Shown: positions 20,644-30,775, numbered from the stretch's first letter. The stretch: 60,832 nt of DNA from an uncultured bacterium (GCA_965366055.1 CBDUDY010000001.1:1-60832); one strand, 5' to 3'. A program made the numbers and translations. The notes: generated from the sequence alone by a model not told the origin.

Positions 20644-21271
20644 TGGCTTTCGCCGAAAGAATCCAAGTTGATATGTAATTTATAATCGACAAATCACCGT
20701 TTTTTATGATATATAGCAGGGGGATTTCATCTTCGGTTGAAATTCTCCTGCTTAAATTAATGGCGCGTGATCTGGCGCTTGCCTTTGGTGAGTACTTATT
20801 TAAAACTGTAAGCTAATTGTAGCGCCTGTAAGGCAGGTAGTTTTTGCAATTATTCATAAAAGTTATCCGCGTCGCACAGGATTTGATTCGCTCTAGTAAG
20901 AAAGTAGGCACTCGGTGAAAACGAGCTTCACAAGACAATGTGATCGTCACCTCAAAAATAAAATTTATAATTAAAGACAGCATTTTTTACGGTAAGAAAG
21001 AGTTTTACTATATGATTTGCTGCGCCTGTTCGCAAAAGCTCGGATCTCGTTCGTCGAAATGACAAATTTGTGGGCAGAATCCGCTGCTCTTAATCTACTT
21101 TTTGATAGTGACTTAAACTAAAAACGTATTAAGATCAACAAATATTCCTCCTTATCTAAGAATCTCAACATTGTCTCAACCAACGACAATTTAGCCGTAA
21201 GAACTTCCTCTTGTAATTTCCTCTTTCCACCAGAAGTAGTTATGAAACCGATACACCTTCGGCGAAAGCCA
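20644..21271. mobile_element. Possible MITE-like non-coding insertion
   Basis: 14-bp perfect inverted repeat TGGCTTTCGCCGAA (20644-20657) / TTCGGCGAAAGCCA (21258-21271) bounding an ORF-free region with hairpins. Confidence 0.4.
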
Positions 21272-21340
21272 AAACATTGTCAGCGCCTTAGAAATTAAGA
21301 GTGGAATTTCGTATTTTTGAAATCAACCTAAAAAAATCAA

Positions 21341-22102
21341 ATGAAAATTGTACTGTCACCAGCCAAGTCACTCGACTTTGAAACTGCATTACCACTTCAA
21401 AAACATACAAAACCAATTTTTCTGGACGAAGCAAAAGAAATTCAACACGAACTGAAAAATCAATCTCCAGGTGACTTGTCCAAATTAATGTCAATTTCGC
21501 AAAAATTATCAGATCTAAATTGGCAGCGAAATCAAGATCGAAAATTCAACACCAAAATTACTGAAACCTCAAGACAAGCGATTTTCACTTTAGATGGCGA
21601 CGTCTACAAAGGACTTGACGCATACAGTTTGAGCGAGGAGAAAATATTGGGACTTCAAGATTCATTGCGAATATTATCAGGATTGTACGGAATTTTACGA
21701 CCGCTCGATGTGATGGAAGCCTACAGATTGGAAATGGGAATCTCACTTCCGGTGGGACACAGCAAAAATTTATATGAGTTTTGGAAACCAAGAATAGCCG
21801 CCGCTTTAAATAAGGAATTGAAAAAAGGCGAACTTTTTATCAATCTTGCGAGCAATGAATATTTTTCAGCAATCGATACAAAAGCATTGAAAGTCCCAGT
21901 AATTAAACCAGAATTTAAAGATTATAAAAATGGAGATCTTAAAATTATTGCTATCTACGCAAAGAAAGCGAGGGGAATGATGGTGCGTTTTATTGCCGAA
22001 AGTAATGCACAAACAGTAGACGATTTAAAGCATTTTGATTACGATGGTTATGGTTTTGACAGTAAATTATCCACCGATACCGATTTGGTTTTCACACGTT
22101 AA
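21341..22102 (+). CDS. yaaA: Peroxide stress protein YaaA
   Basis: LSPAKSLD, GDVYKGL, LSGLYGILRPLD, YRLEMG, NLASNEY, AKKARG. Confidence 0.96.
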   Translation: MKIVLSPAKSLDFETALPLQKHTKPIFLDEAKEIQHELKNQSPGDLSKLMSISQKLSDLNWQRNQDRKFNTKITETSRQAIFTLDGDVYKGLDAYSLSEEKILGLQDSLRILSGLYGILRPLDVMEAYRLEMGISLPVGHSKNLYEFWKPRIAAALNKELKKGELFINLASNEYFSAIDTKALKVPVIKPEFKDYKNGDLKIIAIYAKKARGMMVRFIAESNAQTVDDLKHFDYDGYGFDSKLSTDTDLVFTR

Positions 22103-22177
22103 AAATCATAAAAATGCTCGGTAATAGTAAAGCTTGTATTAAATTAGCAATTCCCATAAAATAATAACATACTAATT

Positions 22178-23353
22178 ATGATCAGAAAAACAGTAATGCT
22201 CTCCTTATTATTCTGTGCAACATCGATATTTGCGCAAGATGATTTGGTAAATAAAGTAATAAATAACGCATCGATAAGTTCAAAATTTGCTTTTAAAGAT
22301 GTGATTGACATTGAGAATTCTCCAATCAAAAATCAAGGATCTGCCGGAACTTGTTGGAGTTACTCTGGAAATTCTTTTTTAGAAAGCGAAATGATCCGAA
22401 TGGGAAAAGCTCCTGTAGACTTGGCAGAAATTTATACAGCTAGACAAGTTTACTTAAGCAAAGCGCGCAATTATATCTTGATGAATGGAAATATGTCGTT
22501 GGGAGATGGAGGCGAACCGCACGATGTAGTAAATATGATTAAAAAGTACGGTGCAATGCCACAAGAGGCATATACAAACGAAGATTACGGAAAAGGAAGT
22601 TTGAAATCTGCTACTTTTCAAAAGGATTTTAAAGCTATTTTGGATACTTACATGAAGAATCCTGATCCGAAAAAGGGAATTTCTTGGGTAAAGGATATCA
22701 ACGATTATTTAGATAAAACTTTAGGAAAAGTTCCTGCGACTTTTACCTATTTGGGTAAAACATATACTCCGCATACTTTTGCCAAAGAAGTTGTGGGAAT
22801 CGTTCCAGAGCAATATGTAGAAATTACATCTTATATGGATAGTCCTTACTACGAGAAAATTCTTGTTCCAGTTCCTGACAATTGGAGTTATGATTTTGCG
22901 TACAATGTGCCGATGAAAGAAATGACAGACGTGATTGATGTGGCACTAAAAAATGGATATTCTGTCGCTTGGTCTACGGATGTAACTGAAGATTACTTTA
23001 GCTGGAAAAATGGTGTAGCGCACGTTCCAAATGTTGATTTGTACAATATTGCTGATAGCGAGCGTAAAAAATTCTTTGACAAACCTGTCCAAGAAAAAGT
23101 AATTACCGAAGAGATGCGTCTGGAAGGACTTTACTCATTATATACTACTGATGATCATGCTATGCAAATTGTGGGAATTGCAAAAGATCAAGGTGGTAAA
23201 GAATATTATAAAATTAAGAATTCTTGGGGTGACAAAAACGACTATAAAGGATATTTATACGTTTCAAAAGCCTTTGTGCAGTTAAAAACTACTAGCATCT
23301 ATTTGCATCAAGATGCGCTTTCAAAAGATCTGACCTCGAAGTTTAAAGCTTAG
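22178..23353 (+). CDS. Exported aminopeptidase C (peptidase C1B-like)
   Basis: Signal peptide; QGSAGTCWSYS, TTDDHAM, KNSWG catalytic motifs. Confidence 0.9.
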   Translation: MIRKTVMLSLLFCATSIFAQDDLVNKVINNASISSKFAFKDVIDIENSPIKNQGSAGTCWSYSGNSFLESEMIRMGKAPVDLAEIYTARQVYLSKARNYILMNGNMSLGDGGEPHDVVNMIKKYGAMPQEAYTNEDYGKGSLKSATFQKDFKAILDTYMKNPDPKKGISWVKDINDYLDKTLGKVPATFTYLGKTYTPHTFAKEVVGIVPEQYVEITSYMDSPYYEKILVPVPDNWSYDFAYNVPMKEMTDVIDVALKNGYSVAWSTDVTEDYFSWKNGVAHVPNVDLYNIADSERKKFFDKPVQEKVITEEMRLEGLYSLYTTDDHAMQIVGIAKDQGGKEYYKIKNSWGDKNDYKGYLYVSKAFVQLKTTSIYLHQDALSKDLTSKFKA

Positions 23354-23375
23354 ATAGTTTTAAAAAATACTCTAT

Positions 23376-23408
23376 AAAAAAACCCAATCGCGAGATTGGG
23401 TTTTTTTT
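23376..23408. terminator. Bidirectional intrinsic terminator
   Basis: A7-CCCAATC-gcga-GATTGGG-T8. Confidence 0.9.
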
Positions 23409-23427
23409 ATTTGTAATCTAAATTTAA

Positions 23428-23994
23428 TTAGTAAACTAGGTTTACACTAATTGTAAAATCATCATAAATCGCTTTGTCTCCTAGATTTTCAAAGAAATTA
23501 CCTGATTTATATTTGATGTCATATTTAGTTCGATCAATTTTGAAAGTTGTAGAAGCTGTGGTTGAATTTGCTTTTAAATCAAAAGTTACAGGATTTGTAA
23601 TTCCTTTAATCGTAAGGTCTGCCGTTACAGAATATATTTGATTTGCTTTTGGAGCTACTGTCTTGAAAACCAATTTAGCATCTTTAAATTTTGCAGTATT
23701 AAAAAAATCCTCTGCTTTAAGGTGTTCTTCCAGTTTTCCTTTACCTTGATCTTCAGTAATATCTGTAACCGTAATTGTATTCATTGCAATTGTAAAAGTA
23801 CCACCAACAACTTTTTGCTTGTCTAAAATCAACATTCCTGAGGACAATTCTACATTACCATCGTGTTGACCTGTAACTTTTTCACCAATCCATTTTACTT
23901 GGCTTTTGGCAGTATTAATAGTTTTTGTTTGAGCTACAAGAGAAGTTGTAGTAAAAGCCAGAATGGCAATGGCAAGCGTTTTTAAGTTTTTCAT
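23428..23994 (-). CDS. YceI family protein
   Basis: Signal peptide; SQVKWIG, HLKAEDFF, LTIKGIT, IDRTKYDI. Confidence 0.93.
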   Translation of the reverse strand: MKNLKTLAIAILAFTTTSLVAQTKTINTAKSQVKWIGEKVTGQHDGNVELSSGMLILDKQKVVGGTFTIAMNTITVTDITEDQGKGKLEEHLKAEDFFNTAKFKDAKLVFKTVAPKANQIYSVTADLTIKGITNPVTFDLKANSTTASTTFKIDRTKYDIKYKSGNFFENLGDKAIYDDFTISVNLVY

Positions 23995-24017
23995 TGTAAA
24001 GAATTATTTATTAAGGT

Positions 24018-24473
24018 TTAAAATTTACGTAATTTATCCAACAAATCATTAAGCTGTTGAAGTTCGGCATTATTTAGTTTTGAAGAAAAAGCGTGGTCGT
24101 ACATTTCGATTTTTGGATCTAATTCTTGTAATACATCAAATCCTTTGCCAGTAAGTTTGATTTCGATTTTTCGCCTATTAGACGTGCATACATTTCGAGT
24201 GACCATATCTTTTATCAGTAGCTTGTCTACAAGTCGAGTGGTATTGCTCGTTTTTGCTACCATTCTATCTTGAATGCATTGCATATTTAAAATGTGCCCT
24301 TCTTGTCCCCGAAGTATTCGCAGTACATTAAATTGCTCAGCAGATAGCTCGTATGGTTTAAGAATCTCATTAAAGCTTTCTGTAGCAAAATGATTAGTAA
24401 TAGTCAAATTAAGCAACGTTTTCTTTGCTAGCGATACGGGCTTTTGAGCTTTTATTATTTCTTCAATCGTCAT
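24018..24473 (-). CDS. MarR family transcriptional regulator
   Basis: QFNVLRILRG, SNTTRLVDKL, NRRKIEIKLT. Confidence 0.93.
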   Translation of the reverse strand: MTIEEIIKAQKPVSLAKKTLLNLTITNHFATESFNEILKPYELSAEQFNVLRILRGQEGHILNMQCIQDRMVAKTSNTTRLVDKLLIKDMVTRNVCTSNRRKIEIKLTGKGFDVLQELDPKIEMYDHAFSSKLNNAELQQLNDLLDKLRKF

Positions 24474-24486
24474 TTGTCAATACAAT

Positions 24487-24502
24487 ATTTGTATATACAA
24501 AT
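24487..24502. promoter_or_regulatory. Putative MarR operator overlapping the marR -7 element
   Basis: Perfect palindrome ATTTGTATATACAAAT; minus-strand TACATTTG at 24498-24505. Confidence 0.65.
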
Positions 24503-24586
24503 GTATGAAAATTTTAGTTGTGAAGAATTACAAATTGTTATTACTTTGTTAAAACAAAATTCTACTATTACAACTAGCAATTAATT

Positions 24587-24901
24587 ATGGATTTATCTCA
24601 AAAACAATGGACGGAACAAATTGCAAATCAGGATAATGCAATAATTATAGATGTTCGAACACCTGCAGAATGGGCCGAAGGAATTATCCCGAATGCGATG
24701 ATGATTGATATTTATTCAGGGCAGGAATTTGTAAATCAACTTACAGCTCTTGAAGACAAGGATGCGAATTATTACGTATACTGTAGATCAGGAGTGAGAA
24801 GTCATCAAGCTTGCAGTTTGATGAATGAATTAGGGTTTACAAATGCATTTAATCTTAGTGGAGGAATCATTCAGTATGTAGGTGAGAAGGTGAGACCTTA
24901 A
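24587..24901 (+). CDS. Rhodanese-like domain protein
   Basis: IIDVRTPAEW, YCRSGVRS, NLSGGI. Confidence 0.93.
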   Translation: MDLSQKQWTEQIANQDNAIIIDVRTPAEWAEGIIPNAMMIDIYSGQEFVNQLTALEDKDANYYVYCRSGVRSHQACSLMNELGFTNAFNLSGGIIQYVGEKVRP

Positions 24902-24928
24902 TTATTTTTAAATAAAATTAATCAGTAT

Positions 24929-24956
24929 AAAGCACCTTTTTTGAGGTGCTTTTTTT
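24929..24956 (+). terminator. Intrinsic terminator
   Basis: AAAGCACCT...AGGTGCTTTTTTT. Confidence 0.8.
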
Positions 24957-25059
24957 ATGCTCAAAATAATTTTATAAATCAATCCCACAACTATATAACG
25001 CTTTACAGGTTATATAGTTGCAACTTTACGCATTGCCTAAAAACACTAAAAATTCTTGT

Positions 25060-25284
25060 ATGAAACCGCACTTAAATCTCAAAAACATTAAAGTAGATTG
25101 TAATAAGATTTCAGCTTCTAAACTGAAATCAATATATGTTATAGAAGAAGATTTGGATACAAATCACCTAAAATCTACTGATGCACAAGCCAATTCTGCT
25201 CTTGACGGAAAAAACTCTCGTGTGGATAAAATTCAGCGATACAAATATTTATGTTATCTGCGATCAATGGACGATATGGTCTAA
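25060..25284 (+). CDS. Small hypothetical protein upstream of the cphA-like gene
   Basis: ATG at 25060 (MKPHLNLK...), 74 aa; no family recognised. Confidence 0.5.
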   Translation: MKPHLNLKNIKVDCNKISASKLKSIYVIEEDLDTNHLKSTDAQANSALDGKNSRVDKIQRYKYLCYLRSMDDMV

Positions 25285-25336
25285 TGACTGTTCACGTCTA
25301 AACAATACCTGCCTTACCTATAATTTTCCTTGAAAC

Positions 25337-27931
25337 ATGATGAAAATATTATCCACTCGATATTTAAAAGGCGCTAATGTCTGGAGTTCGCTTTATAAAC
25401 CTCTTTTGCAATTTACTGTTGCGATGGATACAGTTAGTAGTGAAACATTGATGTTACTAAAAAATCTTTACGACAGTCTTGAACATTCGAAGAAAAGTAC
25501 AATAGTTTTTCAAAATGATCAGAGTCATGATAATAATACAAATCAGGAATCTTGCTTGATTTTACTGTGTAAGATAGGATTACTTCTTCAACCTGAAAAT
25601 AATCAGCTTCAGTATTTCTTTAATTTTAGAGCAGCTGCAACCAATAATACTTATCTATTTGCTTTTAGTTATAGAGATTTTGAAACTGCAACTTATGTAG
25701 TTCAAATTTTTAGAAAAATAATTGATAGCATCAGTATTGGAGTAATTAAAGATATCACAGATGAATCGCTTGAGATCAAAGATATTTATTATAGTAATCT
25801 TCTTGGGCCAAGTACGGCAAGTATCGTAGAAGAAGCCGAAAGCAGAGAAATTCCTTGGCGAAGGTTGGGGAGTTATTCCAGAATCTGTTTGGGTTATGGT
25901 GATAAGCAGAAGCAATTTCAAGCCACCATAGCTCAGACAACATCTTGTATTGCGGTTAATGATGCAGGAAATAAGCAGAAAACGAAAGATCTACTTTCAT
26001 CAATGTTTATTCCAGTTCCGCAAGGGAGTACCTGCAGGTCTGAAGAAAGACTTAAGGAGATAGTCGATGACCTTGGCTTTCCACTAGTTATTAAACCTCT
26101 AAATGGGAACCAAGGTCGAGGCGCTACGATAAACATTACTAGTTGGACTGCTGCGCACGCGGCATTTTTATTTGCACAAACCATTTCGGATTCTGTTCTG
26201 GTTGAGCGATATACTAAAGGCTCGGATTTTCGAATTCTATTGGTTGATTTTAAAGTCGTGGCTGCTGCCAAAAGAATTCCCGCTCACGTCATAGGAGATG
26301 GTTCGAAAACTATTCAACAATTAATTGAACAGTTAAATATGAATCCAGAAAGAGGAGTAGGCCACACCAAAAATCTCACTCAATTAACCATTGATCAGGA
26401 TAGTCATAATATGTTGATGAAGCAGCATCTTACTTTAGAAAATATTCCCGAAAGAGATAAAGCAGTTTTTTTAAAATCGACTGCAAATTTAAGTACAGGT
26501 GGTACTGCTGAAGATGTAACTGATGATCTTCACCCAGAAAATATTAAGCTTGCCGAACGAGCAGCCAAAATTATGGGACTTAATATATGTGGTCTTGATA
26601 TTATAGCAAACACTTTGACTGAGCCTATTATAGATAACAAAGGAGTAATAATTGAAGTTAATGCAGCACCAGGATTTCGCATGCACTTGGCGCCAACATC
26701 GGGTATCGCCCGTTCTGTTGGCAAGGCTGTTATCGATATGCTTTATCCTGAACAAGCAAAATTTAGAATTCCTATTATTGCCATTACTGGTACCAATGGA
26801 AAAACTACAATCACGAGACTTACTGCTTTCATTGCAAAAACTGCTGGCTATCATACTGGCTTTACTACCACCGATGGAATTTATATAAATGAAACATTAA
26901 TTGCTGAAGGAGATATGACTGGGCCGCAGAGTGCCAAAATAGTTTTGAGCGACCCTACAGTAGATTTTGCGGTTTTGGAAACCGCTAGAGGTGGAATTCT
27001 CAGAGCGGGAATCTACTATGATCATTGCGATATTGGAATAGTTAGCAATATTCAAGGCGATCATTTAGGTCTTCATAACATAGACACTTTAGAAGATTTA
27101 GCAAAAGTAAAAGCAGTTGTAGCACATAGTGTCAAACGTGATGGCTGGGCTGTACTAAATGGAACAGACGAAAATTGTATCAAAATTGCCAACAATTTGC
27201 AATGTCGCTACGCTTATTTTATAGATAAATATGATGCGAAACTTATTAAATCATTAACCGGTAAAAATATTCCTGTTGCGTATTTCCAAGAAGGAAATCT
27301 TATAATCGCGAAAGATAAAGTTTCTGTAATTATAGCGCATGTCAATAATATTCCGCTTACTGTACAAGGAACTTGCGAATTTATGATGGCAAATACATTA
27401 GCAGCAGCTCTAGGAACATTTCTTCAAGGAATTTCAATTGAGGATATCGCAAAAGGACTGGCAGAATTCTATCCAGACCAGAAACATACTCCCGGACGGA
27501 TGAACCATTTTCAGATCAATGGCTATGAGATTATTGTTGATTACGCTCATAATGTTCATGGATATCAGGCAATCAAACAGTATTTAAAACAATTTGAAGG
27601 TCAAAGAATTATAGGAGTAATTTCTGCAGTTGGAGATCGAAGAGATAAAGATATTTTGCAATGTGGACTGCTGGCCGGACAAATGTTTGATTATATCATC
27701 ATTCGACAAGAATCGAATTTAAGAGGTCGAAGTGGAGAAAATATTATCGATCTTCTCAAAAAAGGTATTGCATCGGCAAATAAAGAGATAACGGTTGAGG
27801 TGATCGAAAATGAGAATTTAGCCGTACAAAAAGCACTTGATCTTGCAAATACGGGAGAAATTGTCGTAGCTTTAAGCGAAATGTACGACAGCGTCATCGA
27901 TATAATTCAAAAACAAAAGTCTCGTATTTAA
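25337..27931 (+). CDS. cphA: Cyanophycin synthetase-like ligase (ATP-grasp + Mur ligase) with divergent N domain
   Basis: LGPSTASIVEEA, KPLNGNQGRG, ANLSTGG, EVNAAPGFRMH, ITGTNGKTT, LETARGG, DYAHN, GDRRD. Confidence 0.88.
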   Translation: MMKILSTRYLKGANVWSSLYKPLLQFTVAMDTVSSETLMLLKNLYDSLEHSKKSTIVFQNDQSHDNNTNQESCLILLCKIGLLLQPENNQLQYFFNFRAAATNNTYLFAFSYRDFETATYVVQIFRKIIDSISIGVIKDITDESLEIKDIYYSNLLGPSTASIVEEAESREIPWRRLGSYSRICLGYGDKQKQFQATIAQTTSCIAVNDAGNKQKTKDLLSSMFIPVPQGSTCRSEERLKEIVDDLGFPLVIKPLNGNQGRGATINITSWTAAHAAFLFAQTISDSVLVERYTKGSDFRILLVDFKVVAAAKRIPAHVIGDGSKTIQQLIEQLNMNPERGVGHTKNLTQLTIDQDSHNMLMKQHLTLENIPERDKAVFLKSTANLSTGGTAEDVTDDLHPENIKLAERAAKIMGLNICGLDIIANTLTEPIIDNKGVIIEVNAAPGFRMHLAPTSGIARSVGKAVIDMLYPEQAKFRIPIIAITGTNGKTTITRLTAFIAKTAGYHTGFTTTDGIYINETLIAEGDMTGPQSAKIVLSDPTVDFAVLETARGGILRAGIYYDHCDIGIVSNIQGDHLGLHNIDTLEDLAKVKAVVAHSVKRDGWAVLNGTDENCIKIANNLQCRYAYFIDKYDAKLIKSLTGKNIPVAYFQEGNLIIAKDKVSVIIAHVNNIPLTVQGTCEFMMANTLAAALGTFLQGISIEDIAKGLAEFYPDQKHTPGRMNHFQINGYEIIVDYAHNVHGYQAIKQYLKQFEGQRIIGVISAVGDRRDKDILQCGLLAGQMFDYIIIRQESNLRGRSGENIIDLLKKGIASANKEITVEVIENENLAVQKALDLANTGEIVVALSEMYDSVIDIIQKQKSRI

Positions 27932-27950
27932 TAATTATACAATCCTCATT

Positions 27951-28181
27951 ATGGATCTTCAACCAGAAAACACCTCCGAACTTAGAGTAATTCAATTCCC
28001 AGGAAGACAGCAATCTATAGAAAAAGCAATTAGCACCAAGACAATTCAGGAAAAACTCCACATTGATCATATAGGAAGCCGCGAATTGATAAATAAATAT
28101 CTAATCAACGATAAAGCCTATTCCGATACTAGCAAAAAGAATTTCATCAAAACTGTGTCTTCTTTTAAACACGCAAAATAG
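27951..28181 (+). CDS. Small hypothetical protein downstream of the cphA-like gene
   Basis: 76-aa ORF starting 19 bp after the cphA stop, same strand. Confidence 0.45.
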   Translation: MDLQPENTSELRVIQFPGRQQSIEKAISTKTIQEKLHIDHIGSRELINKYLINDKAYSDTSKKNFIKTVSSFKHAK

Positions 28182-28255
28182 GGGTTATATATGATATTAT
28201 TATTATTATTAATGGTTGCCAAACCACGTAGAGATTTTCGAAATATATAGATCAT

Positions 28256-28852
28256 ATGCAAATAGATATTGATCTGCTTTTTGACCGGGGTGCGGTTGTG
28301 AAAAACTATAAGAAAGCAGAAATAATTTTTGACGAAGGTGCTATTGCTCTTTATTATTTTCAAATAATAGCGGGAAGTGTGAAGTTGTTTAATTCTAATG
28401 ATTCCGGAAAAGAATTTACGCAGGGCATATTCAATGAGGGACGTGGTTTTGGTGAGCCACCATTGTTTATAGATGAGGTTTATCCATCTACCGCGATAAC
28501 TCTGGAAGATTCTACAATTATAATAATTCCAAAGGAGAAATTCCTAAAAATTCTGGACGAATATCCTCAAGTACAAAAATCGATGCTACGTCTTTTTGCA
28601 AAAAGAATTTACGCAAAATCTACTGCTGCAAAATTCATAATAAATAATAGCTCCGAAAATCGAATTTTAGGATTTCTTGCAACAATCAAGAAAAAAGATC
28701 AAAGTCCCGAAGAGGAACTTTATCTTGTGCCTTTCACTAGACAGGAAATGGCAAATCATACTGGCCTAACTGTCGAAACTGTAATCAGAGTATTATCGAA
28801 ACTCAAAACTCAGGGAAAAGTGAAAGTTATTAAACATAAATTATATTTTTAA
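28256..28852 (+). CDS. Crp/Fnr family transcriptional regulator
   Basis: cNMP-binding fold (GSVKL, FGEPPLF); HTH TRQEMANHTGLTVETVIR; no Cys, so not an Fe-S FNR. Confidence 0.95.
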   Translation: MQIDIDLLFDRGAVVKNYKKAEIIFDEGAIALYYFQIIAGSVKLFNSNDSGKEFTQGIFNEGRGFGEPPLFIDEVYPSTAITLEDSTIIIIPKEKFLKILDEYPQVQKSMLRLFAKRIYAKSTAAKFIINNSSENRILGFLATIKKKDQSPEEELYLVPFTRQEMANHTGLTVETVIRVLSKLKTQGKVKVIKHKLYF

Positions 28853-28853
28853 G

Positions 28854-30068
28854 ATGAAATTTAATCTTCAGTTCTGGTTAAAATTTAGCCTAATAAACCT
28901 TTGTCTTGTAGCTCTTGTAGGAACAATAATGAGATATAAGATTGGTTTTGAATTCCCTTTTCTAAATCAGAAAAATCTACAACATTCACATTCACATTTT
29001 GCCTTTGCGGGTTGGGTAACACATACGTTGATAGTTTTGATGATTTATTATCTTCAATCAAAAACTTCAGAACTTAAAACCAAGAAATATAATATAATAA
29101 TAATTGCAAATTTGATAGCTTCTTACGGAATGCTCATTTCCTTTATTTATCAAGGATATGCATTCTTTTCCATAAGCTTTTCGACATTAAGTGTACTTAT
29201 CTCGTACTTTTTTGCGTACTATTATCTGAAGGATCTAAAAAAAATAACTGTTCCCGCCGTTGCTGTAAAATGGTTTAAAGCGGCACTATTCTTTCTTGTA
29301 TTATCGTCTATTGGCACGTTTTCACTTGCATATATGATGGCTACGAAAACCATGGCAGAGCAGACTACCTTAGCATCAATCTACTTTTATCTGCACTTTC
29401 AATATAACGGATGGTTCTTCTTTGTCTGTATGGGATTACTATATGATTTTCTGAATCTCAATAGACAAAAAACCTTCTATACTTCGGCATTTTATATTTT
29501 TGCGTTTACGTGCTTTCCGACCTATTTATTGTCAATCCTTTGGTTTGAATTACCTCTTTGGTTACTGCTAATTACAGCGTTTTGTGCGGTATTACAAACA
29601 TATGCTTGGTTTCGACTACTATACATAATTATAAGAGTAAGAATTTATAATGCCAAGTCATTCTCTGCGTGGCTCAACATTATATTTTACTTAGTCGGAT
29701 TTTCGCTTAGTCTAAAATTGCTGTTGCAAGTCGCTTCGACGATTCCTTCATTAAGCACACTTACTCAAAGTTTCCGACCTATAGTGATAGCCTATCTACA
29801 TCTAGTTTTACTGGCAGTTATCAGTCTGTTTCTTTTGTACTATATCTATGCAAAGAAATTTTTCAGATTTAGTAAAGCCGCCTGCTTATCTCTACTTTTA
29901 TTTACTGTTTCAGTATTTTTAAATGAATTAATCCTTGCGGCACAAGGCATCGCGGCATTTAGTTATACCTTGATTCCATATTTAAATGAAAGCTTGTTTT
30001 ATATTGCTTTCCTACTTTTTGCATCAATGCTTGGATTATTTATTAGTTCAAAAAAAGAAATAGATTAG
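28854..30068 (+). CDS. Polytopic membrane protein with intramembrane His motifs
   Basis: About 12 hydrophobic segments; HSHSHFAFAGW, YLHFQYNGWF, YLHLVLL; starts 1 bp after the regulator stop. Confidence 0.75.
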   Translation: MKFNLQFWLKFSLINLCLVALVGTIMRYKIGFEFPFLNQKNLQHSHSHFAFAGWVTHTLIVLMIYYLQSKTSELKTKKYNIIIIANLIASYGMLISFIYQGYAFFSISFSTLSVLISYFFAYYYLKDLKKITVPAVAVKWFKAALFFLVLSSIGTFSLAYMMATKTMAEQTTLASIYFYLHFQYNGWFFFVCMGLLYDFLNLNRQKTFYTSAFYIFAFTCFPTYLLSILWFELPLWLLLITAFCAVLQTYAWFRLLYIIIRVRIYNAKSFSAWLNIIFYLVGFSLSLKLLLQVASTIPSLSTLTQSFRPIVIAYLHLVLLAVISLFLLYYIYAKKFFRFSKAACLSLLLFTVSVFLNELILAAQGIAAFSYTLIPYLNESLFYIAFLLFASMLGLFISSKKEID

Positions 30069-30151
30069 AAATTTAGTAACCATAATATCTATCTTAGATT
30101 GGAAAGTTAGACATTCCTCTCTTTAGATATTGATAATAAAAACAGTAGATT

Positions 30152-30706
30152 ATGAAAAAGCCCATTAAATTCGTGCTATTTGCATTACTAGCAATTTCTA
30201 TCAGTTGCAAGCAAAACACTAATAAACCAGAAATTTCGAATGATGATCAATCAGTAGATTTAAATGTATCACAAACGGCAGCTGAGGATAGCGAATCTAA
30301 ATTAGATATTGTTCAGACTGTTATAGATAGCAAAGATCACACAACTTTTGTTACTGCAATAAAAACTGCTGATCTAGAAGATGCTTTAAGCAACGCTGGA
30401 CCTTTTACAGTTTTTGCACCTACAAATGCGGCATTTGATAAACTTCCCGCAGGAGCAGTTAATCGACTTCTACAACCGGAAGAAAAAGATGAACTAGAAA
30501 ATATACTCGGCTATCATACCTATGTGGGTGTTTTAAAAACTGATTACCTGCAGGATGGTGACGAATATGAAATGCTCTATGGTGGAAAAATAAAAATTAC
30601 TAAAAAAGGAGATCAAGTTTTTGTAAATGGATCTCCAATTGTTGGATCTATCGAAACAGGAAATGGAATTGTACATGTTATCAATGATGTGCTTTTGCCA
30701 AAATAA
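30152..30706 (+). CDS. Fasciclin (FAS1) domain lipoprotein
   Basis: ISC lipobox; GPFTVFAPTNAAF, NGIVHVINDVLLP. Confidence 0.93.
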   Translation: MKKPIKFVLFALLAISISCKQNTNKPEISNDDQSVDLNVSQTAAEDSESKLDIVQTVIDSKDHTTFVTAIKTADLEDALSNAGPFTVFAPTNAAFDKLPAGAVNRLLQPEEKDELENILGYHTYVGVLKTDYLQDGDEYEMLYGGKIKITKKGDQVFVNGSPIVGSIETGNGIVHVINDVLLPK

Positions 30707-30737
30707 AGTACGTTCTTATTAATTATCATAAGTTTTT

Positions 30738-30775
30738 AAAAAAAAACGCGAAGATCAAAATTCGCGTTTTTTTTT
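30738..30775 (+). terminator. Intrinsic terminator
   Basis: A9-CGCGAA...TTCGCG-T9. Confidence 0.8.

Noticed and set aside
7156..21283. 13-mer AAAACATTGTCAG at the edges of both non-coding insertions (7156 and 21271)
   Set aside because: Many 13-mer repeats are expected by chance in 60 kb of AT-rich DNA; no further homology
28190..28205. TATGAT half-site upstream of the Crp/Fnr gene
   Set aside because: The second half-site is missing and no -7 element lies at the 21-bp spacing
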